Source of the DNA: Lepidodermella squamata
Lineage: Eukaryota > Animalia > Gastrotricha
Reading direction: 5' to 3'
DNA: 64,000 nucleotides
Assembly (NCBI GenBank): GCA_047495785.1
Contig: JBLDXI010000002.1
Location: 868,001-932,000, forward strand
Made by a program: the position numbers and the translations under genes. Below are positions 13,182 to 24,195 of the stretch, piece by piece. Within the stretch, counting starts at the first letter, position 1. The number at the start of each line of letters is the position of its first letter. The notes beneath the pieces are model-generated. The model searched no databases, had not been told where the DNA came from, and saw nothing but the letters and a program-made list of their open reading frames with translations.

Positions 13182-13972
13182 AATCAAAGAAAATGTTTAC
13201 ATTACAACTTGTGCACCAAAAGTTTATTCAATAATCAAATGATGTTCATGGAGAACGATGAGAATAAAGTGTCAGCAAACCTTTTTGCATCGTTTTTTGA
13301 ATAACCTTTCAACCGTAAGGGATGCAAAGACGTGGTTTTCAGCAAATTAAAGAGCAGGTGTGGTCGGATTATTCCCGAAGTGCTTGTTTCAAACTGATCT
13401 ACCTTGAAAAGTTGTACGAGAAATGTATTTAGCCATTTAGCCATTCGAAAAAATTCTCGAGCTCGAATAAATTCACTATGGAAAGATCGTTAGTTTCCTA
13501 TCTGTTACAGTGTTGTCTATGGGCACCCCATTTGTAATATCTGACAGCACCTCATAAAAAACTTGAGGAATTGTTATAGCGTAACAAATGACGCTGATTA
13601 TGATGGTGATCTTTATTTCTTTCATCACCATCACTTGGACAGCTGAGGATTGTGAAATGCAGGCTTACTTGGGCAGGCAGGGTTACTATGTTTAACGAAG
13701 TTTTAATTCATATTAAATAGGATGAAGGTCTTTTTGCTGGTTCATTAATGATACGGATGAACATGATGAATGAAATTGATTCGGGATTTCGATATATTAT
13801 CTGACATTCTAGTCGCTCGTAAAAACAGCATAGCCGAGACTATCTTCAAATGATTCATATCCAGAAACCGAAAAGTCTCGTACATATTACTGAAAAATGC
13901 TCCACCTGTGATTATCAATGCTAGGACCGTTTTTATTCAAAATGTTATTCGAATTTGTCGATTCTTTTCCCG

Positions 13973-15019
13973 CTATCGCTTCTTGAGCACCACAAATGCG
14001 TTGTCCCAAGTCAGCGACATATCCTCCGCTCGGCGATTATCCCGAGCCAGAACCTTTTTGTAATGGCCCCACAGCCTCGAACAAATTGCCGCTTTTTCAT
14101 CTGCTGTCCTCTCATTGGAAAGAGCTGCTAGAAACGAAGGCTCGCAGCACGGTTCCAAAATCGACGCGAGATCTGTTATAAAACGATCGTAATCGCGATG
14201 TTTTTCATAAGCTTCGTAAAAGACGCTTTTCGGGGTCGGGCAAAGCTCGGCTGTAACTACTTCCAAGCCAAGGGGTTCCAAAATATCAGTTTTCGTAATA
14301 TCCTCAAGTGTCCGAAACACTAAATGCATAGTAAAGTCTTCCAGTTCTTCGCTGGTGATAAACCCAGAAATTTCGAGCTCTTTCGCTGCTTTGTAGAGGC
14401 CATCGAACAATCGATCTGAAGTATAACCTCCTGTTATTACATTCAGAATCAACACACCTCCTTTTCTTAGTTCCTTCGATCTCGACCCGAGGAAACTTCT
14501 CCAATCTTCCTCTGCCTGTTTATGCCAAAGAGCCTTCTCTTCATCACTAGCCATTGGGGTGTAAATGTGGCTTTTTAGCTTGCACGGAGCGCCGGAAGAC
14601 CAATGTAGGGAACTGCTTGAAAAACCGACCTGTAAGCAGTCATCCGGTAAAATTTGCTGGTAGAACGAGAAACCAGCAGCTAAGCACTGAACTCCAGCGT
14701 GTCTCTTCACGTAGGACTTACTATCCTGGCGTATGAAGTTGAAAAATTCAGACCAGTTACTTTCAGGCAGGTCTTCGTGTATGGAAAAAATTGATTTCGT
14801 AGCTTCAAAACCGTATTTATCGCGAATTGCGGTGATGATCTCAGAAACGGCAGCTGAGCTATTAGCCCCAGTGCTGCTGCCGAAGTCTGCGATGATCAGG
14901 GGATGCGTCAACTCGGCCGAGTGAGCGTCGATTCCTTTTTTCACAAAGATTCGAGCGATGTCCAGAGTTTGACGCTGGCCCTTGGAGAGCAGATTGTAGT
15001 CGGATCGCATGGCAGACAT
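13973..15019 (-). CDS. SAM-dependent carboxyl methyltransferase, SABATH family (Methyltransf_7-like), intronless
   Basis: SABATH motifs: M..DYNLLSKGQ, IADFGSSTGANS, HEDLPESNWSEFF, GFSFYQQILP, FSSSSLHWSS, QAEEDWRSFLGSRSKELRKGG. First ATG is at 15019; the track start at 15046 is TTG. Confidence 0.9.
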   Translation of the reverse strand: MSAMRSDYNLLSKGQRQTLDIARIFVKKGIDAHSAELTHPLIIADFGSSTGANSSAAVSEIITAIRDKYGFEATKSIFSIHEDLPESNWSEFFNFIRQDSKSYVKRHAGVQCLAAGFSFYQQILPDDCLQVGFSSSSLHWSSGAPCKLKSHIYTPMASDEEKALWHKQAEEDWRSFLGSRSKELRKGGVLILNVITGGYTSDRLFDGLYKAAKELEISGFITSEELEDFTMHLVFRTLEDITKTDILEPLGLEVVTAELCPTPKSVFYEAYEKHRDYDRFITDLASILEPCCEPSFLAALSNERTADEKAAICSRLWGHYKKVLARDNRRAEDMSLTWDNAFVVLKKR

Positions 15020-16029
15020 TGCTTTGTCGTAATTTGAAAAATGCAAGGTATTTTGGCTGTTCGCGCTACACCTAGCCTGTACTTATAGCTGGTTTCATCT
15101 ATCCGAAATGGGGGCACCTTTTTTACCCTTAATAATAGCAACCATCACGAGATTCATTCGCGTTGGAAGAAACTCGCCTACGACCTTCGTCAATGTCTAC
15201 ATAATCACATGATATTGAACAATTTTTATAACTGGAAAACGACAGTGCTTGGCGAAAGGTTCGTGTTATAACAATTTAGACAATAAAATAAACAAAAGCT
15301 GTAATGGCGTAGGATTCTGAAGTACTTTTTCAATTTGTTAAGCGTAATGCACGAAGAACCCCTTTTGCTAACATCAAGGAATCTTCCCGGTGAGACTTAA
15401 AAGCTTGAAAAAAGCTGAGCGCAGTACCCACACACAATGTTTACAATAACCGAACGGTATGCAGACCATATTCACAGCTTTCAGTGGGATTTGACCAATT
15501 TCTCATAGGATAGAGAATTTCCAGAATTGAGAGCCGATTTGCCGACACGGAGAAAGCTTGAATAATGCCGAATGCATAGATTTGACAGTGTTGGAAACTT
15601 GTGGACGGTATATAACACAGATTTTCCCTTACACTTTTTAGCTAAAATTTTTCACTAGCTATTATCCTCCATTTATCACTGACAAAATGTTCACATGAGA
15701 GGAAATCTTGAAATTCGTTGTTATGCCCAGTCGCGATCAACCTAATTAAGTAGCTGGGCAGAAATCAGAAATAGTACGAAAGCAAAAATTCATCAGTTAA
15801 CTGCAATATTTATTTACGCGATGGCGACAGGGACTAACAAAAGAAACGATTGATTCCATGATTGCAATAAGAAAAGTTTGACTTTTCCAGCCATCATTGA
15901 GTATCAATAATAAAAAGGATTATGATTTATAAATTAACGAAACGAATAAAAACAACTCGGGCGAAAGCACATAATACAAGTCTCTTCCCTTGTAATGGAA
16001 TAAAACAGAGCAGCCATCGCTCAAATTAT

Positions 16030-17112
16030 TCAAGCCTGCTCGTAGGCGGCTTCACCGCGCTTGGCCTCTTCATAGGCAGCTTCACCACGTTTAGCCTCTT
16101 CGTAGGCAGCTTCACCACGTTTGGCCTCTTCATAGGCAGCTTCACCACGTTTGGCCTCTTCGTAGGCAGCTTCACCGCGCTTGGCCTCCTCGTAGGCGGC
16201 TTCGCCGCGTTTGGCCTCTTCGTAGGCAGCTTCACCACGTTTGGCTTCCTCATAGGCAGCTTCACCGCGCTTGGCCTCTTCATAGGCAGCTTCACCACGT
16301 TTGGCCTCTTCGTAGGCAGCTTCACCACGTTTGGCTTCCTCATAGGCAGCTTCACCGCGCTTGGCCTCTTCGTAGGCAGCTTCACCACGTTTGGCCTCTT
16401 CGTAGGCAGCTTCACCACGTTTGGCCTCTTCGTAGGCAGCTTCACCACGTTTGGCTTCCTCATAGGCAGCTTCACCGCGCTTGGCCTCTTCGTAGGCAGC
16501 TTCACCACGTTTGGCCTCTTCGTAGGCAGCTTCACCGCGCTTGGCCTCCTCGTAGGCGGCTTCGCCGCGTTTGGCCTCTTCGTAGCCAGCTTCCCCGCGC
16601 TTGGCTTCTTCGTAACCAGCTTCACCGCGCTTTGCCTCTTCGTAGCCAGCTTCACCGCGCTTGGCTTCCTCGTAGGCGGCTTCACCACGCTTGGCTTCCT
16701 CGTAACCAGCTTCCCTGCGCTTTGCCTCTTCGTAGCCAGCTTCACCGCGCTTGGCTTCCTCGTAAGCAGCTTCACGGCGCTTGGCTTCCTCGTAGGCGGC
16801 TTCACCACGCTTGGCTTCCTCGTAACCAGCTTCCCCGCGCTTGGCTTCTTCGTAGCCAGCTTCACCGCGCTTTGCCTCTTCGTAGCCAGCTTCACCGCGC
16901 TTGGCTTCCTCGTAGGCGGCTTCACCACGCTTGGCTTCCTCGTAACCAGCTTCCTTGCGCTTTGCCTCTTCGTAGCCAGCTTCACCGCGCTTGGCTTCCT
17001 CGTAGGCAGCTTCACCACGTTTGGCCTCGTCGTAGGCAGCTTCACCACGCTTGGCCTCTTCGTAGCCAGCTTCCCCGCGCTTGGCTTCTTCGTAGGCGCT
17101 CTCACGCCTCAT
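16030..17112. repeat. 30-bp coding minisatellite with local 90-120 bp higher-order blocks
   Basis: Direct inspection. Variation is mostly at third positions of the EEAKRGEAAY frame. Confidence 0.95.
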
Positions 17113-17247
17113 GGTCTCCCCAAGCGGATTCGAAAGGACCGCTGCTACCTAGTTTCAAAACAAATGTGTCATGCCATTAGTTATATGATATGCACATCGG
17201 TTGCAGAAACTCACCAGGCATGCTGCTATCGTTAGCTTGCAGATCAT
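16030..17247 (-). CDS. Secreted repeat-peptide precursor 1 (2 exons: 17247-17215, 17148-16030; 383 aa; 36 decapeptide units)
   Basis: Exon 1 MICKLTIAACL, a GTGAGT...CTAG phase-0 intron, then exon 2 VAAVLSNPLGETMRRESAYEEA-(KR-GEA[A/G]YEEA)n. The intron position is conserved in four paralogues, and splicing creates a hydrophobic signal peptide. Confidence 0.88.
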
Positions 17248-17353
17248 AATTCGGCTTGAATAAAATGGCTGATAAAATATTCGAAAAAGGAAATTGCTTT
17301 TGATGAAACGTTGGTATTCAATGAAGATTGAAATTTTCACCTTTCAGCTATGG

Positions 17354-17360
17354 TTTTATA
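17354..17360 (-). promoter_or_regulatory. Candidate TATA box of precursor 1
   Basis: TATAAAA ~110 nt upstream of the ATG, also present upstream of the 27902 paralogue; it is CAATAAAA in the 25774 copy. Confidence 0.35.
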
Positions 17361-18149
17361 GGCGAGCGATCGTTAGTTGCGCTAGATGAATTGTCTATTA
17401 TGCTTGCGATCCAGGGTTGCCGTTAGTCATGGCACTTCTCCAAGCAAGTTCAGCTGTCCTTTCCCTCTCACGTGTCAGCCGCAAAAAACCTATTTTAGCA
17501 TCATAAAATTAACAATAATATTTGAATAATTATGAATAGAATATAATCGCGTATTATTTTCTTTAGCGATGAAATTTTATTCCACACCGGCATTTTCATT
17601 TGTCGTTAATTCAACTAGGCTGACATCCCCTTCTATGAAAGCTTCCTTTCGCAAAGCTGATTTTCCCTGCAGGATTGCATTCAGAGATCTTTCATTTTTA
17701 CCGATCGCTGTCATTTCATTTCAATTCCAATAATTTGTAAAACGTCGCGTTCCGACGCAAAAATGATCCATTGTTATTGGCGCGGCCAATAGTTTCATGT
17801 CGAAGTGGGTTACCGGAATCTTCATGACAAGTCAAATCGAGGCCGCCGAACAAGATTCCGAAGTCAAAATCACTCCATCATCAGCTTCGGAAAATATCGA
17901 TATGTCTAAATCGATACCGATCGATATCAAAATCAATAAATTTCTTATTTGGGGGAATTTTCTAACCAATATCTTTATATATTTCACAGGGTTGAAATCC
18001 CTATTTCCAAACGAAGAAACCTTTTTTCAGCAGCAGATTTCTTTTTTCAGCAGCAGAATACTTTTTTCTGCAGCAGATACTTTTCCCAGCAGCAGATACT
18101 TTATTCAGCAGCAGATTATACTTTTTCAGCAGCAAATTTCAAAATATCG

Positions 18150-18804
18150 ATTTTCATTAAAAAAAATGTAACCATTTTGATAGACACGTTTTCATGAGTT
18201 CAATAATACATAAGTTCCCATATGAAATGGGCAGCATTAGATGAACACGTGCTGTTTACAAAATAAGCGCACGCGACTGGCTATTTTCACAACTGTTCGT
18301 TTGAAATATTTATGTGATTCAAGCACAAAGTTTAAATCAAATTGATTATGAGAGAACTACTGTTGTCATCGCCTTCTACCATAAAAAGCTCCCCTGATCA
18401 ATCCGACGTGGAGACTTCGGCCCGGGTGCGAGGAAAGGCGGTAGTCTATGTCTACTCAGAAAACCGGTTCCCCGACTGGGCGACGGCATCGGCTAGTTGA
18501 ATGCCCTTTGATTGAAATCTTGCCCTTGAAAAGCGGTAAAGGCCGTAAAAAGACTATATCCTTGTTTTACACGGGTGCACACTACATGGCCCTAGGCCGC
18601 TGAATTTTTCTTGATAGAACAGACTGAATTAACTGACTTTCCATTCTCGGATGTTAAATCTAACAAGAGTAATGACGAGTATATGGAAATAAATCATTTT
18701 AGGCGCGGTTGCTGCTTATAACGAAATATGTAACGAAATATGTATACATATTTGAACTCAGGAAAGCGTGTCTATCAAAATGGTTAAATTTTTTTAATGA
18801 AAAT
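18150..18804. mobile_element. Nested inverted-repeat element inside the left MULE TIR
   Basis: ~50 bp imperfect TIRs: ATTTTCATTAAAAAAAATGTAACCATTTTGATAGACACG... / ...CGTGTCTATCAAAATGGTTAAATTTTTTTAATGAAAAT. Confidence 0.65.
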
Positions 18805-19097
18805 GGACCATAGTTTTTTCGTCAGCAATATCCTTCTTTTCGCAGCAAAATCCTTTTTCTCACAGCAATTTTTTTTTTCGCGAGGAACATCTTTTATTTG
18901 CAGCACATCCAGTTTTATTTCAGGAGAAAAGAAAAAAAAATTGCAAGTTGAAATTGAAATTAACCACGCGATTCAGCGTCGCGTGTATAGTTAGCATCAT
19001 CACATGTCAGTAGCATTGTCAGTAAATTATTGCTAAATTATTCGGAAAAAATGTCAGCTTTTTCTGAAATGAACATTTCCCAATTTTCCACGTCACC

Positions 19098-20822
19098 CTA
19101 TTTCCCCAGGGCCATGTAGTGATTGTTGCAAAAAAAAACATGGTATGTTGGCTCAGCGGCGTAACTAGGTCTACCAAACTGATGGGGCCAGCCTTGGGGC
19201 CAGCACATCTTTTCTACGTATTTGCGGCCCCGAATTTTTCAGACCACAGGGTCCCCCCTGTTGTACCCTGAGAGTATTTTTCCAGCTGGTGGGGCCGGTG
19301 CCCCCCCCCCCTGGCCCCCCCTTAGTTACGCCCCTGTGTTGGCTTCCGCCCGGCACCGCGATGGCCGACGGGCCTGATGACGTAAGGGACAGATTCCATT
19401 TGATGGACCTCAATATTGATATTACGGCTCACTGCGATTGCTGTAAGGGCCTCCTCCCCGCCCCAGTAGCCTAGTTCCGACAGGCGTAGAACTGCAAATA
19501 AAGTTAATCAAGTTTTGCACACATGAAACGCGACGCAAATTAATTTACCAAATTCCAAATAATCTTCCAAGCCGTAGGGCGTATTCTCCTTGTCACCCGG
19601 GTGAATCCCGGCGAAGTAAGGCATCACCAATTCAGCGTTGTCGGTGAGCCAGTCTACCGCCTCAGCCCCCAGCAATGCATGGTCGTCCTCCGAACCGTGG
19701 AGGAGTAGTGCCATCGCACGGAAGGCACAGTTCCCGTCACCCAGAACATCGTGCACGGCGAATCGGTCGTATCGGTCACCGTCACGAGGGCAACCGTCAC
19801 CAGCAGGCGGAGACTTCTGAACTTGTTTGCGATTCTTTTTGGATTTAATCGGCGAAGGTTCCGGAGAAAGCAGTGAAGATTCGGTGGACGTAGCAGATGA
19901 ACGACCTGCCTTTCTGCGCAAAGCTCGACGCTTACGAGTCTTCGCTTTTGATTTGATCGGCGAAGGTTCAGGAGAATGTAGCGACGATTCGTTCGACGTA
20001 ACAGGTGACCGAGCTGCCTTGCTGCGCTTACGAGACTTCGGTTTCTCGAGACCGTTATGTTCTGTCAAGAAACAGCCTGAAATTGCCATCTTTTTCTTCG
20101 TTTTTCTTGACTTCTTCGCCTACTGACTCAACAGCTTCGCCTTCTTTCTCTTCGACAGCTTCGTCATCATATCCGCCTTCATCATTGCAATCTTCAGCCG
20201 AATCCGAATCAAATTTAAGCGCCTTAGATGCCTTTTTCGGCCGGCCGCACGAGGCACCACCAAGAGAGGCAGCTCGATGCTCACTCGGAATTGCTTCCAA
20301 CCCGGTGACATGTCGCACCATAACAGAGTGAACGCAATGCGGTTTTTTGGAGCCGTGGAAGCAGGTGCAGGTTGTGCCAGTCTCTGTGTTGTGAACCAGA
20401 AAGACGTTGGAAATCGACCATTTGTAGGCGTCATAGCATCTCCAGTTGCTTTCTTGTCGATTTGTGACGCAGCGATCTAGCGAATCGGTTTCGACATGAC
20501 AACTGGTGACGACGTAGAAGTCCCCATCGACATTGAAAACCTTCATGTGCGGCTTCTTTTTTATTGGATTTTCTTGGCAACACTTTGCAAGTTTCAGGTT
20601 TATCCAGGCACGCCGGTACAAGGTGGCGGGAACTGGGTGACCTTCAGCGAACTGCGGCGATTCCGTCGATTCTCCACCCAGTTGTCGAAGCAACTTGCCC
20701 AGAAGGTTGGCAATTTGAGCTTCAACGCAGTACGGCTCGTCAAGATTGGTCGGTAACTCCGAATGTGCTTCAACCCATTCTTTCAGCTGTAATGTGTTCA
20801 TAGTGGAGACATTTTCAGCCAC
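19098..20822 (-). pseudogene. MULE-derived gene: transposase N-terminal remnant + SWIM zinc finger + OTU-family cysteine protease; disrupted
   Basis: SWIM CTCFHGSKKPHCVH. OTU: VLGDGNCAFRAMA, then after an intron (~19492-19548) YWGGEEALTAIAVSRNINIEVH...HVFFCNNHYMAL*. There is a frame break near 20055-20089 and a MITE in the last exon; no DDE core seen. Confidence 0.75.
19154..19336. mobile_element. hAT-type MITE (183 bp) with 8-bp TSD
   Basis: TIRs CAGCGGCGTAACTA / TAGTTACGCCCCTG; TSD TGTTGGCT at 19146-19153 and 19337-19344. Removing it restores the OTU reading frame. Confidence 0.9.
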
Positions 20823-21316
20823 ACCAGCCGCACTTGCCGCGCTTGCTTGCCCAGCAGCTTTAATTTGTAGTAGTAAGCAGATCTACTTTTTTAATTTGTT
20901 TTTTTCCACGTGCCCATACTTTTCAACCTTTTTAAGGTGTTGTTACGACTAAACACGCGACGCTGAATCGCGTGGTTAATTTCAATTTCAACTTGCAATT
21001 TTTTTTCTTTTCTCCTGAAATAAAACGGGATGTGCTGCAAATAAAAGATGTTCCTCGCGAAAAAAAAAATTGCTGTGAGAAAAAGGATTTTGCTGCGAAA
21101 AGAAGGAATTTGCTGACGGTTAAAGTATAATTCATGAAAATCGATATTTTAAAATTTGCTGCTGAAAAAAGTATCTGCTGCTGGGAAAAGTATCTGCTGC
21201 AGAAAACAGTATTCTGCTGCTGAAAAAAGAAATCTGCTGCAGAAAAAAGAGCTATCCTTCCAAACGTCGGAAAAGTGAAGAAGTCGGAGAAGTCGATAGC
21301 ACAAGATCGTTTTATT

Positions 21317-22477
21317 TCATCGAGTTTGTTTCATCCTAGATAAAAGTTCTGGGGACTGGTATCCCATTTGAAACTTCAAATAGTTGCGCAAGGCTAATGG
21401 TAGGTAAGGTTTCAGTCCTTCGTCGATAGCCGTCATTCGACTGACGTAACCTATCGGTAAGCTATTGAGCACAGCCATGCGGGCCATGAATTGCAACCGC
21501 ATTGGAAAGACAAGGTGAGCCGAAGATCTCGCCAGTTCATGTATCTCCCGGATCTCATGACTCTCGAACTTCTTGTACGATGAGTCGCGCTTTGTCGAAA
21601 GTAAAACATCGATTAAGTCGACCTCATAGTCGTAAATCGGGAGGCGATTCGCAGCAGCAGTTGCTAGCCTGGCTACTGCGACAAGTTGATAATACGAGTG
21701 AGAAGTTCGGCAACCTGCTAGGACCATCGACTTGATAAAAGTGACTACTCTTGGGTCATCTTCGCCCTCGGGAATCGCGCTGATTCGACTCGAAACCCAA
21801 TCAAGAGGCGATTCCAAACAAGCGGATCTCACAGCTTCTTCTGATAAACGCGCGAGGCATTCCGTTTTAGGGCTAATGACTAGCCAAGATGCCGTATCGA
21901 GCTCGCCACTATGAACCATCCTCGTCAAAGTGTGATCACCCCCAAGCTTGACGAGCTGGTCACTGTTTTCGAGGTCCAACAGCTTCATTATGAGATCGCG
22001 TCTTCCTTCGGTGCAGGCGTATGTCAAAATTGTGTGGCCGCGTTCCTTTTCCAGCAGATTAGCTCCATTTTTGATTAGTGTCATCAATCCATCGTCGCAG
22101 CAGGAACAGCGAAAAGCCTGGCATAAGGAGCCAATGACGCCGAGTTCGATCAGCTCTTCTGCGAAAATTGTATTACAATCGGCAAACGCCTTTTTTAAAT
22201 ACGACTGTAGCAATTCGGTCTTCAATAGCCCGTAATCGATTCTCAATATTCTGCTGAGTTTGGAGTAGCTGGAATTGATGTGGCCATACTGCAAGTTACG
22301 TAGAACTCTTCTGATACCACGGCGTCTCACCGAGCGAGGGAACAAAAAGTAGTGATGAGTGAGTTCGTAGTCGGTCTTGCATTTGTCGAAAATAGCTAGA
22401 AATCTGCTGGTTTGGCGATGATCTTCATTTCGATCCTCCTTTGCTTCGACGGTCGCAAAATCAAAATCAAAATCCAT
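21317..22477 (-). CDS. Ankyrin-repeat/SOCS-box (ASB-like) protein, copy B, intact, intronless
   Basis: Ankyrin-like RGHTILTYACTEGRRDLIMKLL and GGDHTLTRMVHSGELDTASWLV; C-terminal SOCS-box-like segment ending LPLALRNYL. Likely start MDFDFDF at 22477; the frame is open upstream to 22615. Confidence 0.75.
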   Translation of the reverse strand: MDFDFDFATVEAKEDRNEDHRQTSRFLAIFDKCKTDYELTHHYFLFPRSVRRRGIRRVLRNLQYGHINSSYSKLSRILRIDYGLLKTELLQSYLKKAFADCNTIFAEELIELGVIGSLCQAFRCSCCDDGLMTLIKNGANLLEKERGHTILTYACTEGRRDLIMKLLDLENSDQLVKLGGDHTLTRMVHSGELDTASWLVISPKTECLARLSEEAVRSACLESPLDWVSSRISAIPEGEDDPRVVTFIKSMVLAGCRTSHSYYQLVAVARLATAAANRLPIYDYEVDLIDVLLSTKRDSSYKKFESHEIREIHELARSSAHLVFPMRLQFMARMAVLNSLPIGYVSRMTAIDEGLKPYLPLALRNYLKFQMGYQSPELLSRMKQTR

Positions 22478-22694
22478 AGTTAAGTGTAAGCTGTGCAAGT
22501 GATAACATGAATAGTAGAGTTGTGGTATTGGGGCGTGTGGTGTATACTTTTTTGCTGAAAACTGACGCAATACGTGAGCAGGCATGGTATGATTCATCTT
22601 GCAGGAAAACATCAATGTGCATGACTCATCTTGCGTTGGTAGAAAGGCTTACGAATATCTAAATTATGCGTTGGCTCTAAATTATCTAAATTAA

Positions 22695-23420
22695 GGCTCG
22701 CAGCACGGTTCCAAAATCGACGCGAGATCTGTCATAAACCGATCGCAATCGCCATGTGTTTCATGAGCTTCGTAAAAGACACTTTTTGCATACTTTTTGG
22801 GGTCGAGCAAAGCTCGGCTTCAAAATATCAGTATTTGTGATGTCCTCAAGCGTCCTAAACACTAAATAACTCGACTCGATTGCTTGAAAAACCGACCTGT
22901 CCGGCAGAATTTGTTGATAGAACGAGAATCCAGCTGGTAGACACTGAACTCCAGCGTGTCTCTTTACGTAGGACTTCCTATCCTGGTGCATGAAGTTGAA
23001 AAATTCAGACCAGTTACTTTCAGGCAGGTCTTCGTGTATGGAAAAAATTGATTTCGTAGCTTCAAAACCGTATTTATCGCGAATTGCGGTGATGATCTCA
23101 GAAACGGCAGCTGAGCTATTAGCCCCAGTGCTGCTGCCGAAGTCTGCGATGATCAGGGGATGCGTCAACTCGGCCGAGTGAGCGTCGATTCCGTATGAAG
23201 TTGAAAAGTTCAGACCAGTTATTTATACAGGTCTTCATGTATGGAATAAATTCATTTCGTTGCTTCAAAGCCGTATTTTTCGCGAATTGCGGTATTATTT
23301 TAGAAACGGCAGCTGAACTGTAGCCACCGTGCTGCTGCCGAAGTCGGCGATGACCAGTGGATGGGCAAATTCGCCTGAGTGGGCGTCGATTCCTTTTTTA
23401 GCCAAGGTTCGAGCTATATT
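22695..23420 (-). pseudogene. Rearranged SABATH methyltransferase pseudogene
   Basis: Fragments match 13973-15019 (IIADFGSSTGANSS..HEDLPESNW) with internal deletions, plus a second diverged 5' fragment at ~23193-23420. Confidence 0.85.
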
Positions 23421-23507
23421 CGAGCACTAGGCGCCTCCTTTGATGACATCAAGGAATCTTTCCGGTAAGATTGGAAATTTGAATAAGCTGAGCTGCAAAC
23501 TGATAGT

Positions 23508-23554
23508 ACCAGCACCATAGACAATAATGTTACATCATTGTCTATGACCAGCAC
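23508..23554. mobile_element. Transposon excision footprint: 31-bp hairpin between 8-bp direct repeats (P-element-like)
   Basis: ACCAGCAC-CATAGACAATAATGT-T-ACATCATTGTCTATG-ACCAGCAC; absent at the paralogous site near 15425. Confidence 0.65.
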
Positions 23555-24195
23555 ACAATTTTTACGATAGCCTCTGGAAACTGGAAACCGAACAGTTTAC
23601 AGGCAACCATACCGAATTCGAATTACACTGCTTTCACTTTGATTTTAACATCAAGTTCTCACATGGGATTTACGATTCCCAGAGTTGAGAGTCGATTTGA
23701 CAACATGGAGAAAGCTCGAATAATAATGCCGATTGCTTGGAACATTGAATTGGACAAAGATGGAAACTTTTGGATAATATATAGCGAAAGGCGAAAGGTT
23801 TCCATACAATTTTTGATGAGCTATTACTATCCATCTACCACTGGCAAAATTTTCAAATAGGAGGAAAATCTTGAAACTCGCTGGGTCCTTCGCTTTCAGT
23901 CCAGTTTTATTGCCAGGTTGCCGTAAACAAAATTAGTCCGAAAGCGAAACTTTATCATTTAACTGGATTATTTATTCATACGGTAAGGCGGTAGTAATGA
24001 AGAAGCGATCAATTCTATGATTGCGAGGAGAAAAGTTAGACTTTTTCCAGCCATCATTGAGTATGAAATATAAAAAGCTTATGCTTTATGAGAGGAATTA
24101 GGGTGAAAGGAATAAAAACAACACGGGCGAAAGCACATAATACAAGTCTCTTCCCTTGTAATGGAATAAAACAGAGCAGCCATCGCTCAAATTAT

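Larger units (their letters stand above)
3068..13436. repeat. Large palindrome: diverged outer arms (~3068-4285 / 12197-13436, the Ub-fusion genes) plus identical inner arms
   Basis: The Ub-fusion genes and their 5' and 3' flanks are reverse-complement paralogues. Identical small ORFs in the track map symmetrically (4736+12014 = 5144+11606 = 16750). Confidence 0.9.
18014..21257 (-). mobile_element. Mutator-like (MULE) element, internally deleted, ~300 bp TIRs
   Basis: TSD TTCCAAAC(G) at 18005-18013 and 21258-21266. The empty site CCCTATTTCCAAACGTCGGAAAAG is visible in the paralogous cassette near 410-432. TIRs carry CAGCAGCAGA subrepeats, and the inner TIR part 18821-18990 matches 20950-21118 inverted. 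Confidence 0.85.

Noticed and set aside
16030-17112. CRISPR-like array
   Set aside because: Contiguous 30-bp units with no unique spacers, no cas genes, eukaryotic context.
15922-17235. Long hydrophobic plus-strand ORF (GSFTTFGLFV)n and basic alternative-frame ORF (KRPSAVKLPT)n; likewise at 24088-25707
   Set aside because: These are shadows of a stop-free 30-bp repeat. Nucleotide variation is synonymous mainly in the EEAKRGEAAY frame, and only that frame splices to the signal-peptide exon.
19171-19474. Gly/Pro-rich ORFs
   Set aside because: They arise from the GC-rich hAT MITE and the antisense strand of the OTU exon.
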